Assembly (NCBI GenBank): GCA_025603075.1
Contig: MU626375.1
Coordinates: 1,868-65,867 of the forward strand
Reading direction: 5' to 3'
Length of the DNA stretch: 64,000 nt
DNA from: Neoconidiobolus thromboides FSU 785
Lineage: Eukaryota > Fungi > Entomophthoromycota
In this document: one piece after another, positions 23,839-36,129 of the stretch
Numbering within the stretch: position 1 is the stretch's first letter
Layout of the letters: each line of letters starts with the position of its first letter
Program-made: the position numbers and the translations under genes
The notes under the pieces: generated by a model
Databases searched by the model: none
The model's input: the letters and a program-made list of their open reading frames with translations, nothing else
What the model was told of the DNA's origin: nothing

Positions 23839-24739
23839 CTATATTTCATAATTAACACTTTTGATATTATGAAGGTTTTCCAGAAACCAGGTATCTATCG
23901 ACACATCCATAGTGAATAAAGCCTTTAGTTTATAACCAAAGTTTTTTTTGAAGATGACCATATGCCAAGGATTCTTAATAAAGTAACTGAATCTATTACT
24001 ATTTTGGATTTTAATTTGGTTTTTATTTAATACATACTTGACATCAATATTACTATAGCAACTATTAGCATTTAAAGCTTTTATGATTTTTTGAGTTAAT
24101 AGATCATAGTCCCACACTACCTCTTTTATTATATTTATTCTTTTTAATTTTGCATCGGAATTTATATAACTTTTAATTGTTTGCTCTAATTCTTGTTCTG
24201 AATTATTATCTTCATTTGGATTATATATCTTACCTTTTTTTGATATGAAAGAAGTTAAATCAAACTCTTTTTTGAAACCTACTACTTCTCGAACTTTTAA
24301 TGATTGACGTTCTACTATTGTATTATTTTCAAAATAAAACTCAGTTACACTATAACTTTCTTTACGATTTCCTAATAAAAAGTCTTGGTTAGCCAATTAT
24401 GATCTTTTAACTAATATAAAGATATTTACCTCGTATACAAAGCTTTAATTCAGGCTTAACATTATAAGTGGTAATAAAATCTCTCAATAATGTAGCATCC
24501 TGATTTAATCTTTCATCCTGTGAAAATAGCCCAGTTTCAGAAATTTCAACTCGTAAGTTAGTTGGTAATAGAAGTTCTGTATTATTTAGTTCGTCATCAT
24601 TGATTTCCCTTCTATTACTATTTAATGAATATTGAGGGGTATCTCTAACTACTTCATCATAAGTTGGTAATTCTGAGTATCTACTAGAACAAGCTGTCTG
24701 TCCTATGTTTAAGTTTAAGATGTTTTCGTTTGCTATCAT
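23839..24739 (-). CDS. Uncharacterised fungal protein; exons 24739-24430 and 24383-23839
   Basis: 46-nt intron GTAAAT...GCTAACCAAG (branch CTAAC) joins the two track ORFs in frame; N-terminal LPTY (PY-like) motif. Confidence 0.75.
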
Positions 24740-25656
24740 TTTTTTAGTTAAAAAATAAATTTATACTGTTAGATTTTTATTACTTATATAGCCTAACCTT
24801 TTTTCTAAAGCATAGAGTTATTACATAGTTATTGAGATTTTATCATTTGATATTGATTTTAATTAGGCTTTAATAATTTAAGAGTGAAAGTAATTTTCTA
24901 AAATATCATCACGTTATAAACACTATTCAAAGTAGTTTTAATTTTAGAAATACTGTATTTAACTACTATCCGATTTGATTAGCTTTATTTCTTATTTTAA
25001 TTTTATAGCATAAAACAACAACCAACACTTTAAAATAATTTCACGTTTTTAATTGAGAAAGTACTTTTTAAAAATAAAAAAAGTAGAAAAAAGTAAAAAA
25101 GAAATCAGATAGTAAAAACAATTTAAAGTATATAATAATATATCCTTTATTTAAAAGTTACATTATAGAATAAAAAATTTGTTGGTAGTTAAAAAAAACA
25201 ATATAAAATTTTCTCAAAGTTTATTAAAGCCTATTAGTTAAAAATCAAGTAAAGTTTAAATATTAGTTTAAGTTTTATTTATAATATTTTATTAATTTTA
25301 TAAAAATCCATTATATTACTTTTATATTTTTTATTGTATATTAAATTTATAACTTTTTAAAAACTTAGAAATATAAAGATATTTTTCTTAATTTTATCAC
25401 TTTCTCTATTTTTAAGTACTATTTGAATAAAAAAATTATTAAAAAAATTTTCAAATGAAAAAATATACAACTGTATACTTTTTTATTAGCTAATTACAAA
25501 TTACAATTTAAAACTAATAAATACATAAAATTATATAATAGATATAGATAAGTTTAAAGCTTTAATTTTAACTAAAAATAAGATTTATTTATTTGTTTTT
25601 TACTTAATATAAGATCTTAAACTTTTTTTAAGTACTTGATAAAAAGAACATTACTA

Positions 25657-25760
25657 CATGGGGGTGTTTTTTTTGACCTCATTACTTTTTCCATCTTTTA
25701 AACGCCATTTGAGTGGAAAGATTGTAGTAAAATCTTAAACAAAAAAACACATCCCCATAT
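25657..25760 (-). mobile_element. MITE copy
   Basis: ATGGGGGTGTTTTTTTTG...ACACATCCCCATAT. Confidence 0.9.
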
Positions 25761-25949
25761 TATCAAAAAGGCTTAGTGGTTTTATTAAAAGTATAGCATC
25801 AATAAATAATTTAATAAAAAAGCTTTAAGTTGTCATACTAGTTTTTTTCATATTTTGATTAAATGTAAATATTAAAATAAAGAGATAAGGTCTTTTGCGA
25901 TTAGATGATAAATATTTTTGTAGAAATCGAAAAAAATTCTGAATTAACT

Positions 25950-26523
25950 ATATGGGAGTGCTTTCTTTAACTTCTGTGAAATCTGGTACTCAGTGTTTGG
26001 AGTCAAGAACAGCTATTGCTGGATTGACTACACTATAAGTCGAAAGGTTTTAGTTTATGTGACTAAGATAGACTTGGATTATGAGAAATAACACGTAATA
26101 GGTTACAAACTATATAAGACAAATAGAATAGACAATACTAATGTAAATCTACGTAAAATATTATTAAGTTTTCTTAATGGCTTTATTAAATGTTCGAGAT
26201 ATCAAGGAACAATTCATTTAAAAAGCCTCGAACTACTATACTCTGTAAACTCTTTTATACTCTGAAAAGTATAAATATCAAAATGAGAAGATAATATTCT
26301 TTGGGATGGAGCTAGAAATTCTCATAGCAAATCAAACTAAGAACGTGGGATTGATTTTCTCTGAACTCGAGAACACAACAGCTTAGGCGATTGTTATTCT
26401 ATAATTAACCATGGGACTGACAAAGCGATATTTCACACTTCTTTATTTTTTCCATCTTTTAAGCGCTATTTGAGCGGAAGATTTGTTAGTAAAATTCTTA
26501 AACACAAAAGCACATCCTCATAT
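25950..26523 (-). mobile_element. MITE copy split by a nested insertion
   Basis: Left end ATATGGGAGTGCTTTCTTTAACTTC (25950-25974); remainder CTTCTTTATTTTTTCCATC...CACATCCTCATAT (26438-26523). Confidence 0.88.
25975..26437. mobile_element. 463-bp TGT...ACA element with 4-bp TSD: solo LTR (Gypsy-like) or non-autonomous Ginger-type element
   Basis: Ends TGTGAAAT...ATTTCACA form an 8-bp perfect inverted repeat; CTTC is duplicated on both sides; internal TATATAAG near 26111. Confidence 0.8.
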
Positions 26524-26657
26524 TGTGTAAATCATAATCAAGTTGCAAAATTGTAACTAATTTTATAAGCAAGTTAGATGATTGTTATATTATGACTAAT
26601 CATAGAGCTGATAAAGTAGTATTCCATATTTATAATAATAAAGGAATTATTAGAAAC

Positions 26658-26763
26658 ATATGGGGATGTATTTTTGTATTTAAGAATTTTACCAACAAAT
26701 TTTCCACTCGAACAGCGCTTAAAAGATGGAAAAAATAATGAAGTAAAAAAAACACTCCCATAT
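26658..26763 (+). mobile_element. MITE copy
   Basis: ATATGGGGATGTATTTTTG...AAACACTCCCATAT. Confidence 0.93.
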
Positions 26764-27101
26764 TAAATATCATACTTATAAATATTTTTACTAAAAGTTT
26801 TTATATCTTTATTAAATAAGCTATTAGATAAAATAGAAACTATAGTTTCATATACCTCAATATCAACAATTAAATTTTGCATAAAAAAAGTAAATATGTA
26901 AATATGTATTTTATCTAATTTAAATGCTATTATAATTTCAATTTGGACAAATAAATAACATACACACGTTCATAAAAACCATACAAATTTAATTTTTTTT
27001 ATAAATGGGCCAATAATAAAATTTAATATCATCCAATTATTGAACAAAATATCCTGTTTTCACCTAACTGACTACAGTTTAATATTTAATGTATATACTA
27101 G

Positions 27102-27147
27102 ACTTTGCTATAGCATGTTATTGGCCAATAACATGCTATAGCAAAGT
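27102..27147. repeat. Perfect 46-bp palindrome with no spacer
   Basis: ACTTTGCTATAGCATGTTATTGG|CCAATAACATGCTATAGCAAAGT. Confidence 0.97.
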
Positions 27148-27634
27148 TCAATCATTGAATAAAATACTCATCTTTATCTAGATAATTACAACTTAATACT
27201 TAGAGTGAATATTAAAGATTATTCCCAAATTATTAATAATGTAGTATAATACCATTTTTATATGTAAGAATATCAATTCTAAAAATCAAGAGCTTTATTG
27301 TCTCAAAGCTAGTCTCAGTTATTTGGAGAGTATCACTAATGGCTACACATCCGTTATGGAAATTCATAGTTTTAAACCTATTGGCTCAAAATCAAGAACA
27401 TTTGAGTTGTGGCGATGTTGGTATGAAGATTTTCATCCTTTTTTTGACTGTTATCATAACAAATATTTGCAAATTTTGTAAGCTTTGGGATTCCTTAAAG
27501 ATTCTACTACTAGCTCTGACTTTTGAATAAAGGGCTTTACTTTTTTAGGAGATTCTTATAAAACATTACGAGTTTATTTGCTTGCCATTTGCTAAATCCT
27601 TGGCCTGGATCTTCCACCTTACTTTTTACCTTCT

Positions 27635-27733
27635 GTATGGAAATGTATTTTCTGTTTGAGAATTTTACTAATAATCTTTCCACTCAAATAGCGTTTGAGA
27701 GATGGAAAAAGTATTGAAACAAAAAAAACATAT
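27635..27733 (+). mobile_element. MITE copy with truncated right TIR, tail-to-tail with the next copy
   Basis: GTATGGAAATGTATTTTCTG...AAAAAAAACA. Confidence 0.85.
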
Positions 27734-27837
27734 ATGGAGATGTTTTTTTAACTTCATTACTTTTTTCCTCTTTTAAGCACTGTTTGAGTGGAAAGATTAT
27801 TAGTAAAATTCTTAAACAAAAAAATACATACCCATAT
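27732..27837 (-). mobile_element. MITE copy
   Basis: ATATGGAGATGTTTTTTT...AATACATACCCATAT. Confidence 0.88.
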
Positions 27838-28114
27838 ATTGATTTAACTGCTTCTACAACGCCGGTTCCAGTTTTCTTTTTTGAATGAGCTTCTTTGGTG
27901 AAAAGAAAGGATAAATACGCTTTGAATATAGCAAACATAATCTCTAAAGATTCGGAAAGGTCAGTTTTTTCATATTTCTTCGTAATGTCCTTAAACATCA
28001 TTTATCTGTTGATATAAACTAGCACCCTTTTTTTGAAGTAAAATACTGTTATTCCGATAAAAATTTAATGTCTATAAAAAAAGTCAAATGCTTTGAATAA
28101 TGACTAAAGTTTAA

Positions 28115-28217
28115 ATAAGGATATGTTTTTTTGTTTAAGAACCTTATTAATAATCTTTCTGTTCAAATAGCACTTAAAAATAGAAAAATAATGAAGCCAA
28201 AAAAAACATCTCCAAAT
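28115..28217 (+). mobile_element. MITE copy (diverged)
   Basis: ...TTTAAGAACCTTATTAATAATC...AATGAAGCCAAAAAAAACATCTCCA. Confidence 0.8.
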
Positions 28218-29012
28218 GCTGAAACATTAATCAAATCGCCTCTATTTTACAAAGCCTGATACTATAATCGAATAAGATTTAATATAAGTTAAATGCATTT
28301 TATATTCATTTTAAATATACAAGTAATTGAATTTCTTCCTCAAAAGCCTCGTTTCATTAAGGGTTTCCTTATTTTTTTATTTTCTAAAATAAAGTATGGT
28401 TTCTAATCCTATTACTCATTTTAATTTAATTAACTTAGTTAAAGCATATTGTTTTCCTTATACTTGTTTAGGAAGAATTTAAAACTTATTGTTATTTTTG
28501 ATGAAGGATTGGGCTTATCTTACCTTAAAATATACCAACTTATCAATTGGTAGGCCACTGTACTTAAAGAACTCGGAGCCGTTATGACTTATATATAGTA
28601 CCGTCATCTCATCATTAGATTTTGAGAGTGACTTAAAGGAAATGGGGTTTAGTGGGACGTTAGTTTATTTCAGTCCAAATGTTTTAAATCATCGACCTAA
28701 TTTAATTAATGAACTCAAAATCGATAATGACATTTAAAGAGTAATTATATTTTATATACATTTAATTAAAAGATATTCCTATAATCCATTTTTTAAGTGA
28801 ATTATTTCACTATCCAATTTGGTAAATTAGGCTTCAAAATAGTTTAGCTATAGCGAATTAAAATCGATATTGAGCAAAACGCGAAAATAAGCCAATTAAA
28901 TAGCTAGAATTTCGCATTTTTCTTTATTTAAAATGGAATGCTATGATGGGATGAGATTATTAATTTAAATTTTAATAACTTTTTGACCAAATATTCTTTT
29001 TGTTCAAAAAAA

Positions 29013-32000
29013 ATGTCCAAAAGAAATAAATCACAATCAAAAAGTAGGGTAGAGATACCAGCAAAAAAGAATAGAATTGATTGGGAAGAAAATGTTATTG
29101 AAGATTGTTTAGAAGGTAGCTCAAATAATTTAGCTACTGTTATTTCTTGTTTAGATATTAAAAGTACACTTATAGGTTGGAAACGCAAGCCTGCTAAAAA
29201 AATCAATGAAGAAGAAGATTTTAGTAAGTGAATTACTATATGATTTATGAGGAATAAGAGTTAATTGATTTTTTTAAAAGCCTTTCAACAATTACAAATT
29301 GATGAAGCTAGTGATGATAAAGATTCAAAGAAACATTTAATTCGAATGTATGGAATTACTAAGGTAAAGTATTATTACTATTTAAATGAAACACATTAAT
29401 TAGTTTAAAATTTTATTAGGAAGGAAACTCTGTACTTTGTAAAGTTCGAAATTTTTTACCATATCTTTATTTTCCTGCGCCCATTGGTATGAAATCAGAA
29501 GATTTACCCGAATGCAAAAAAGCATTAGAAGTAATAATTAAAAATAGATCAATTATATTTTAATAATAATAATAATAGACTGGATTAAATGATTTCAATA
29601 GTGTATATTCCGTTGAAATAGTATATAAAAAAAGTATTATGCATTATTATTCAGAAGGCAATCATGGATTTATTAAAGTAACTTTAATGCATCAAAGATT
29701 TATTAGTAAAGTTAGAGCATTACTTGGTAATAATTCAACTGGTTTACAATTTAACAAATATCAAATCTTTAATACCAATACCTTTGAAAGTGGGATTGAA
29801 TATTTATTAAGATTTATGATTGATCAAAAAGTAAGTCATTGTTGAGTCATTATTATATGTTTTTACTTAATTATCACTATAATTGTTAGGTATCTGGTGG
29901 TAATTGGATTACCTTACCCAAAGGTAAATATAAGATTGAGAACGAAAATAGTAAAATATCAACATGTCAATATGAATTAAATGTGAATTATAATAATTTC
30001 ATCTCCCATTTACCAGAGAATGAATGGAGTGATATAGCACCCTTAAGAGTATTAAGTTTTGATATTGAATGTAAAGGAAGAAAAGGAGTATTTCCAGAAG
30101 CTAAAATTGATCCAGTAATTCAAATTGGAAATATCATAAAAAGACAAGGAGAATTAGAACCTTTTATCAGTGTTATATTTTGTTTAAAACAATGTGCTCC
30201 AATTGCTGGTTCTCAAGTATTATCTTTTGAAGATGAAAGAAGTTTATTATTAGCTTGGTCTAAATTTATAAATATTTCTGATCCTGATTTAATTATTGGT
30301 TATAATACAAGTAATTTTGATTTTACTTATCTGTTAGAAAGAGCACAAGCATTAGATATTGAAGATTTTCCTTATTTTGGTCGAATTATTAATAGAAAAA
30401 GTGTAGCTGAAAACTCACATTTTAGTTCAAAAGCCTATGGTAGTAGAGATACTAAAGTAATTAATATTGAAGGTAGATTGCAATTAGATATGTTACAAGT
30501 CATGAATCGAGAATATAAATTAAGATCTTATTCTTTAAATTCAGTATCAGAACATTTTTTGAAAGAAACAAAAGAAGATGTTCATTATTCAATAATATCG
30601 GAATTACAAGAAGATTCGGCAGAAACTAGAAGGAGATTAGCCGTATATTGTTTAAAAGATGCATATTTACCATTAAGGTTGATGGATAAATTAATGGTAT
30701 TTATTAATTATTTAGAAATGGCAAGAGTAACTGGTGTACCATTTGGTTATATATTAACACGTGGACAACAAATTAAAGTGGTTTCTCAATTATATCGTAA
30801 AGCTAATGAAAAAGGATATTTAATACCATTTAAAGATAGTAATGGACCAGCCGAAGATTATGAAGGTGCAACTGTTATTGATCCACAAAAGGGATATTAT
30901 AAAGAACCAATTGCCACTTTAGATTTTGCTTCCTTATATCCTTCTATTATGATGGCTCATAATTTATGTTATTCTACATTAATAATAGATAAATCAATAG
31001 TTGATAAACAAAAACTAATTGTAAATGAAGACTACATATTAACTCCTAATAATATGTTATTTATTAAAAATAGTAAAAGAAAAGGGATTTTACCAATCAT
31101 ATTAGAAGAATTAATACAAGCACGTAAAATTGCTAAAAGAGATTTAAAAAAAGAAACGGATCCATTCAAAAGAGCTGTATTAGATGGTAGACAATTAGCC
31201 TTAAAAATAACTGCAAATTCTGTTTATGGGTTTACAGGTGCTTCCAATGGTAAATTACCTTGTTTAGATATATCAGCTACTGTTACTGCTTATGGACGAT
31301 CTATGATTAATGAAACAGCTGCTTTAGTAAAAAAGAAGTTTCCAGAAAGTAATGTTATTTATGGAGATACTGATTCTGTTATGGTAGATTTTAAAGTAAC
31401 CAATATAGCCGAAGCTATGGAACTTGGTAAACAAGCAGCAGAATATGTATCATCTCATTTTATCAAACCAATTTCGCTTGAATTTGAAAAAGTATACTGT
31501 CCTTATTTATTAATTAATAAAAAAAGATATGCAGGTGTTTATTGGTCTAATCCAAATCATTATGATAAATTAGATGCTAAAGGTATTGAAACTGTAAGAA
31601 GAGATTCTTGTCAATTAGTATCTACTCTAATTGGTAATTGTTTAAATAAAGCTATGATTGATAGAGATGTACAAGGAGCAGTAAAGTAAGTTTATTTATT
31701 TATTTATAATAATAATAAAGTATTTTTTATTAATATATTTCTATTTAGTTATGCTAAACAAGCCATTTCAGATTTATTAAAAAATAAAATTGATATGTCA
31801 CTATTAGTAATTACCAAAACATTATCAAAAACGGATTATGTAAATGCTCAACCGCACGAAGAATTAGCTAAAAAAATGAGAATTAGAGATTCAGGTAAAT
31901 TTAACATAATTAATAATAAAAGTATCAATTAAATTTTATTTAGGATCTGCTCCCACTTTAGGAGATCGAGTAGCCTATGTTATAGTAGAAGGAGAAAAAG

Positions 32001-32574
32001 GCAGTAATATTAGTGATCGTAGTGAAGATCCACTTTATGTCTTAGAACAAGGTTTAACAATCGATTCTAATTTTTATATGGAAAATCAAATTAAAAAACC
32101 ATTATTAAGAATCTTTGAACCCATTTTGGGAGAACAGAAAGCAAATGAAATTTTTTTAGGAGAACATACAAGAGACGTTGTTAAAAGATCCAAAATTGAT
32201 GGCTTATTTGGAAAGTTTATAACCAAAAAAAACACATGCTTAAGTTGTAAAAAAGAAGTAGGAAAAGACAATAAAGCTACTTGTGAGGGGTGTAAAGAGA
32301 AAGTACCAGACATTTATCAAGAAGAAGTACATATTATTATTTTAGTTACTTATTTAATATAATTAATTTGTTTTCTTAATAGATACGTAAATCTCATGAA
32401 TTACAAATAAGACATTCACGACTTTGGACTGAATGTCAACGATGTAAAGGTTCTTTATTAACTGAAATTCAATGTGCTTCTTCAGATTGTCCTATATTTT
32501 ATATGCGTACAAAAGCAACAAAAGATGTTAAAAAATCCCTTGAAACATTAGATCGATTTGATTATGAGTGGTAA
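29013..32574 (+). CDS. POL3: DNA polymerase delta catalytic subunit; 8 exons: 29013-29223, 29281-29363, 29420-29530, 29579-29830, 29890-31685, 31749-31894, 31944-32326, 32383-32574
   Basis: Exo motifs SFDIEC and GYN; polymerase motifs DFASLYPS, K...NSVYG, YGDTDS; C-terminal CysA and CysB clusters; all introns GT-AG and in frame. Confidence 0.97.
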
Positions 32575-32996
32575 AAAAAACAAAATGTAAAGGAAGAAGA
32601 ATATTTTGAAGTAAAATTTAAGTTTATTATGCTTCTATTTTTTGAATTTTTTGAGTTTTATTTATAATAATTATAATAAATTATGAATTTGTTTAAAGTT
32701 TTGTAAAGTAGTAGATAAAAGTGATTTAAAGGGTTTTATTATAATTCTGAAATATTATTAAATAGACTATAAAGGAATAAAAAGAATAAAGAAATAGAAT
32801 TGTAAAATAGTTAAATAATTATAATAATATGGTTTTAATTTTTATTGAGCATAAAAAATTAACACTTTTTTTGGTAATAAAACTTCCACCTAAAAATTTT
32901 AAAGTTAGGTTATTTTTATTTTTATTTTTATTTTTACTTTTATCTTCTTTTATCTTTTATGAAAAAAATCAAATCAATTTTTTAAAACAAACAATA

Positions 32997-34976
32997 ATGA
33001 GCTGGCATTTAATCTCTACTAAAATAATTGATAATTCAAATATGTCGAGTGATGTATTTTTAAAAATAATGGTAATTTATACTTTCTCATTTAACTTAAT
33101 TTCATTTAATATACTCTAATATTAACAATTTAGACTCAATGGTTAAATGAACCACAACAATTGGCAAAAACTATATTAAGAGGGGAAATTATTTATTCCA
33201 TAGAAAAAGAAATGGAATCATCATTAAAAGATAGAATAGATTATCTTAAGGAAAGTATAGTATTACGAAAATTATTACCAAGGTTAACAAAAAAGGATAA
33301 TTGGATGATACAAAAAGTAGTTACTAAAGAAATAAAAGAAGGAAGTAAGACATTATTTTTTAAAAATAAATAAACAATGAAAAAAAGAAGGATTTATTAA
33401 TATTTATTTTCTTAACTTTTAGTTTGGCAAGTTGAACACTCACCTATAGATGAAAAAATAGTTCAAGAAGATGGTAATTTGGATAATCAATTTATAGATT
33501 TAGATATAACTCAAGAAAAGTTAATTGAATTACCTTCTTTTTGTCCAAAAGTAAATAAGTTTTTGTTTAAACAAATAAATTCATGTTAATAAATAATGAG
33601 ATAATAGGTTAATAGTTATCGAATAATCTATAATAATGAATTGAAGAGTGTAACAATGGAATATTTTAATAAATTTAAAGAGATGGAATTAGAGTTATCG
33701 GTAATTTATATATCAAGTATTTATTTTGTAAAGTAAATTTTAATTTTGATATTTATAGCTAAAAATGTTACAAAATTTATTTAATTTATTAATCAAATAT
33801 ATAACAAACCTTTTAAAAGGATATCAAAAGAGAGTTTATCATGATGTTATTATTGATAAAATAAAATATCAAGATAATTATTTAAAAAATAAAGATAAAT
33901 TTTTATATTGGGTTAAAAATTGGCCTGAGAGTAAGTCAAATGTTATTTATAATAAAATAAAACAATATATTAATATATTGTTTATTTCTATTAGATACAG
34001 ATGCAAGTAAATTTGTATTTGAAGACATTGGTATTGCTACTTTTTTAAATTTATTATTTGAAAGGTAATAATAATATATAATATTAATATTAATATTAAT
34101 ATTAATACTATAAATAGACCTTCTACCTTTATTGATTTGGGATGTGGTAATGGTCTATTAGTTCATTTATTAAATCAATTGGGACATCAAGGTCAAGGAA
34201 TTGATTTAGTAAAAAGAAAAATTTGGGATTTATTTAAAGAAGATAAATTAATTTGTAAGTTAAGTTATTATTATTATTATTATTACATTAATATATATTA
34301 TTATATTATTATATTATTATATTAATAAATTTATTATTTAATTATAGGTCGAACATTAATCCCTAATAAGGAACAATTTATTGAGACTTGGTTGATTGGT
34401 AATCATTGTGATGAACTATCCCCTTGGATACCTATTATGGCAAATAATTCTAGTTATGAAACAAAGTAATAATTTAATTATATATTAGTTTAATTTAGTT
34501 ATATTTAATAATAATATATTTAAGGTTTATAATAATACCATGTTGTTTTTATAATTTGAATGGTACACGATATCAACATTTAAAAAAAAAAGAAAATATT
34601 GGTAAGTTTAAATAGAAGAGAATTAAGAATATAATATAATATTAACTATTTTATTTTATTTTATTTTAGGAAATTATGAAAATTATATTAATTATTTAAT
34701 TGAAATTATAAAACTATGTGGCTATATACCAGAGAAAGAATATTTAAGAATACCATCTACAAAAAATGTTTGTTTAATTGGGAGAAATCGAAGTTTTAAA
34801 AAAGGTAAATTATTATATTTATAATAATAATAATAATATTTGTTTATTTATTTTAATATTATTTAGATGATATTATAGAATCTAATAGAATTAATAATAA
34901 TATAAAAGAATTATTAAAAGATGTAAATTTTCAACCTAGAATTAATAAAAATACAACTAATAATCAACGCCATTAA
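32997..34976 (+). CDS. TRM44: tRNA (uracil-O2')-methyltransferase (Um44); about 11 exons
   Basis: Spliced frame gives YQKRVYHD, WPENTDASKFVFEDIGIA, FIDLGCGNGLLV, WLIGNHCDELSPWIP, IPCC, EYLRIPSTKN. Confidence 0.9.
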
Positions 34977-35079
34977 AAATATAAATAAAATATAGAGATT
35001 GATATTATATAGTATATTGCCCCACTTTTTATTACTTTTCATATTATTATTAACTATACAAATATCATTTAACTTAACT

Positions 35080-35724
35080 TTATTTTCCTTTTTTATGATA
35101 TTCATTATTATTATTATTACTCAATTTAGAAACAATGAACCAACAGGAACACATCATAACAAATACTGAAGTCATTCTACCCCAAACATGAGAAGAAGTC
35201 TCAATATTAGGTCGTTCATCTTGATGATATCGATTTTGAAATCGAAATGGTGTATTTCCAATTCCACTCCCACTTCCGCTACTATATCCATGCATATCTT
35301 CATATTCTCCTTGATTGTACTCTTTTCCCATTTGATTTCCATCTTTAAATGTATTCTTTTGATGATATGGTTTTGTTTTTCCATACTGAGCTGTAGGTTT
35401 TTGTCGATAACGAAATCGGTTACTAAATGCTTGTTCTTTTGAATAATTATGAGAAATAAAACTTCGATCATAATCTAAACGTTTTGTGTCATCACTAAGT
35501 ATTGAGTAGGCTTCATTGATTTTTAAAAAATGGGCATGGGCAGATTCATTATTAGGGTTTTTGTCCGGATGATATTGCATCGATAAACGGTAGAATGAAG
35601 TTTTGATTTCTGATTTGGTTGAGGTTTTTTTTATTTTTAATAAGTCATAATAATTTTCGGAAGGCTTACTGCTATACAATCGTAGAGATAAATGTTGAAT
35701 TGGACGATAAAATTTAGTTAACAT
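35080..35724 (-). CDS. J-domain (DnaJ type III) protein, probably mitochondrial, with a C-terminal hydrophobic segment
   Basis: Basic presequence-like N-terminus, NYYDLL...YHPDKN (HPD motif). Confidence 0.88.
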   Translation of the reverse strand: MLTKFYRPIQHLSLRLYSSKPSENYYDLLKIKKTSTKSEIKTSFYRLSMQYHPDKNPNNESAHAHFLKINEAYSILSDDTKRLDYDRSFISHNYSKEQAFSNRFRYRQKPTAQYGKTKPYHQKNTFKDGNQMGKEYNQGEYEDMHGYSSGSGSGIGNTPFRFQNRYHQDERPNIETSSHVWGRMTSVFVMMCSCWFIVSKLSNNNNNEYHKKGK

Positions 35725-36129
35725 TTTTTTTGATTTTTTTGAAACTTTGGAATAAATGTAGAATATTGAATTTTAATAAAATAAGAGTTAGACTTTTAAT
35801 AAAATTGATTAGTCTAATTAAAGTTTGAGTTTTGCAATTTTTAAGAAATTATAGTAAGTTTGATTCTTAAATTTATAGTTAATTCTTAACTCATAATTAA
35901 TTCTATTAAAATTATCAATGACTCATTATTAAATTAAACTGATGATAAATTAAAAATAGAAATTCCAATCCAAAAGAATAGTAATATTCAACTACTCAAT
36001 TGTACTCCAATGAAAACATAAAACTTGTTTTTAAGTCGATCTCAAAAACTAAATTAATTTAAAAATCATATCAACACAGCAAAACTATTTTTCAATAAAT
36101 TAACTAACTAACCTCACCATAAATTTATA

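Larger units (their letters stand above)
27300..28050 (+). pseudogene. Probable relic of a distant member of the Zn2Cys6 family middle region, split by two MITEs
   Basis: Frame reads ELWRCWYEDFHPFFD...YLQIL*ALG...NPWPGSSTLLFTFC then ...KDSERSVFSYF, in the same order as PLFD / LQITILVCG / FPW..LLAHCY / ERS.AY in the intact paralogs. Confidence 0.4.

Noticed and set aside
24800-25650. Extremely AT-rich tract (also about 36600-37150) as an origin or centromere element
   Set aside because: Composition alone is not diagnostic in a genome this AT-rich
27684-28001. 105-aa ORF (also 43359..43628)
   Set aside because: Largely a translation through MITE sequence; chance open frames
28400-28740. Coding-like segment upstream of POL3 on both strands
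   Set aside because: No consistent start and splice model, and no recognisable motif
29983-31689. Polymerase B as part of a viral or Polinton/Maverick element
   Set aside because: It has spliceosomal introns, CysA/CysB C-terminal motifs and housekeeping neighbours: the cellular Pol delta
34070-34330. (ATTAAT)n and (TAT)n runs
   Set aside because: Ordinary low-complexity intron sequence in TRM44; the ORF extension YYYYY at 34137..34325 is intron read-through
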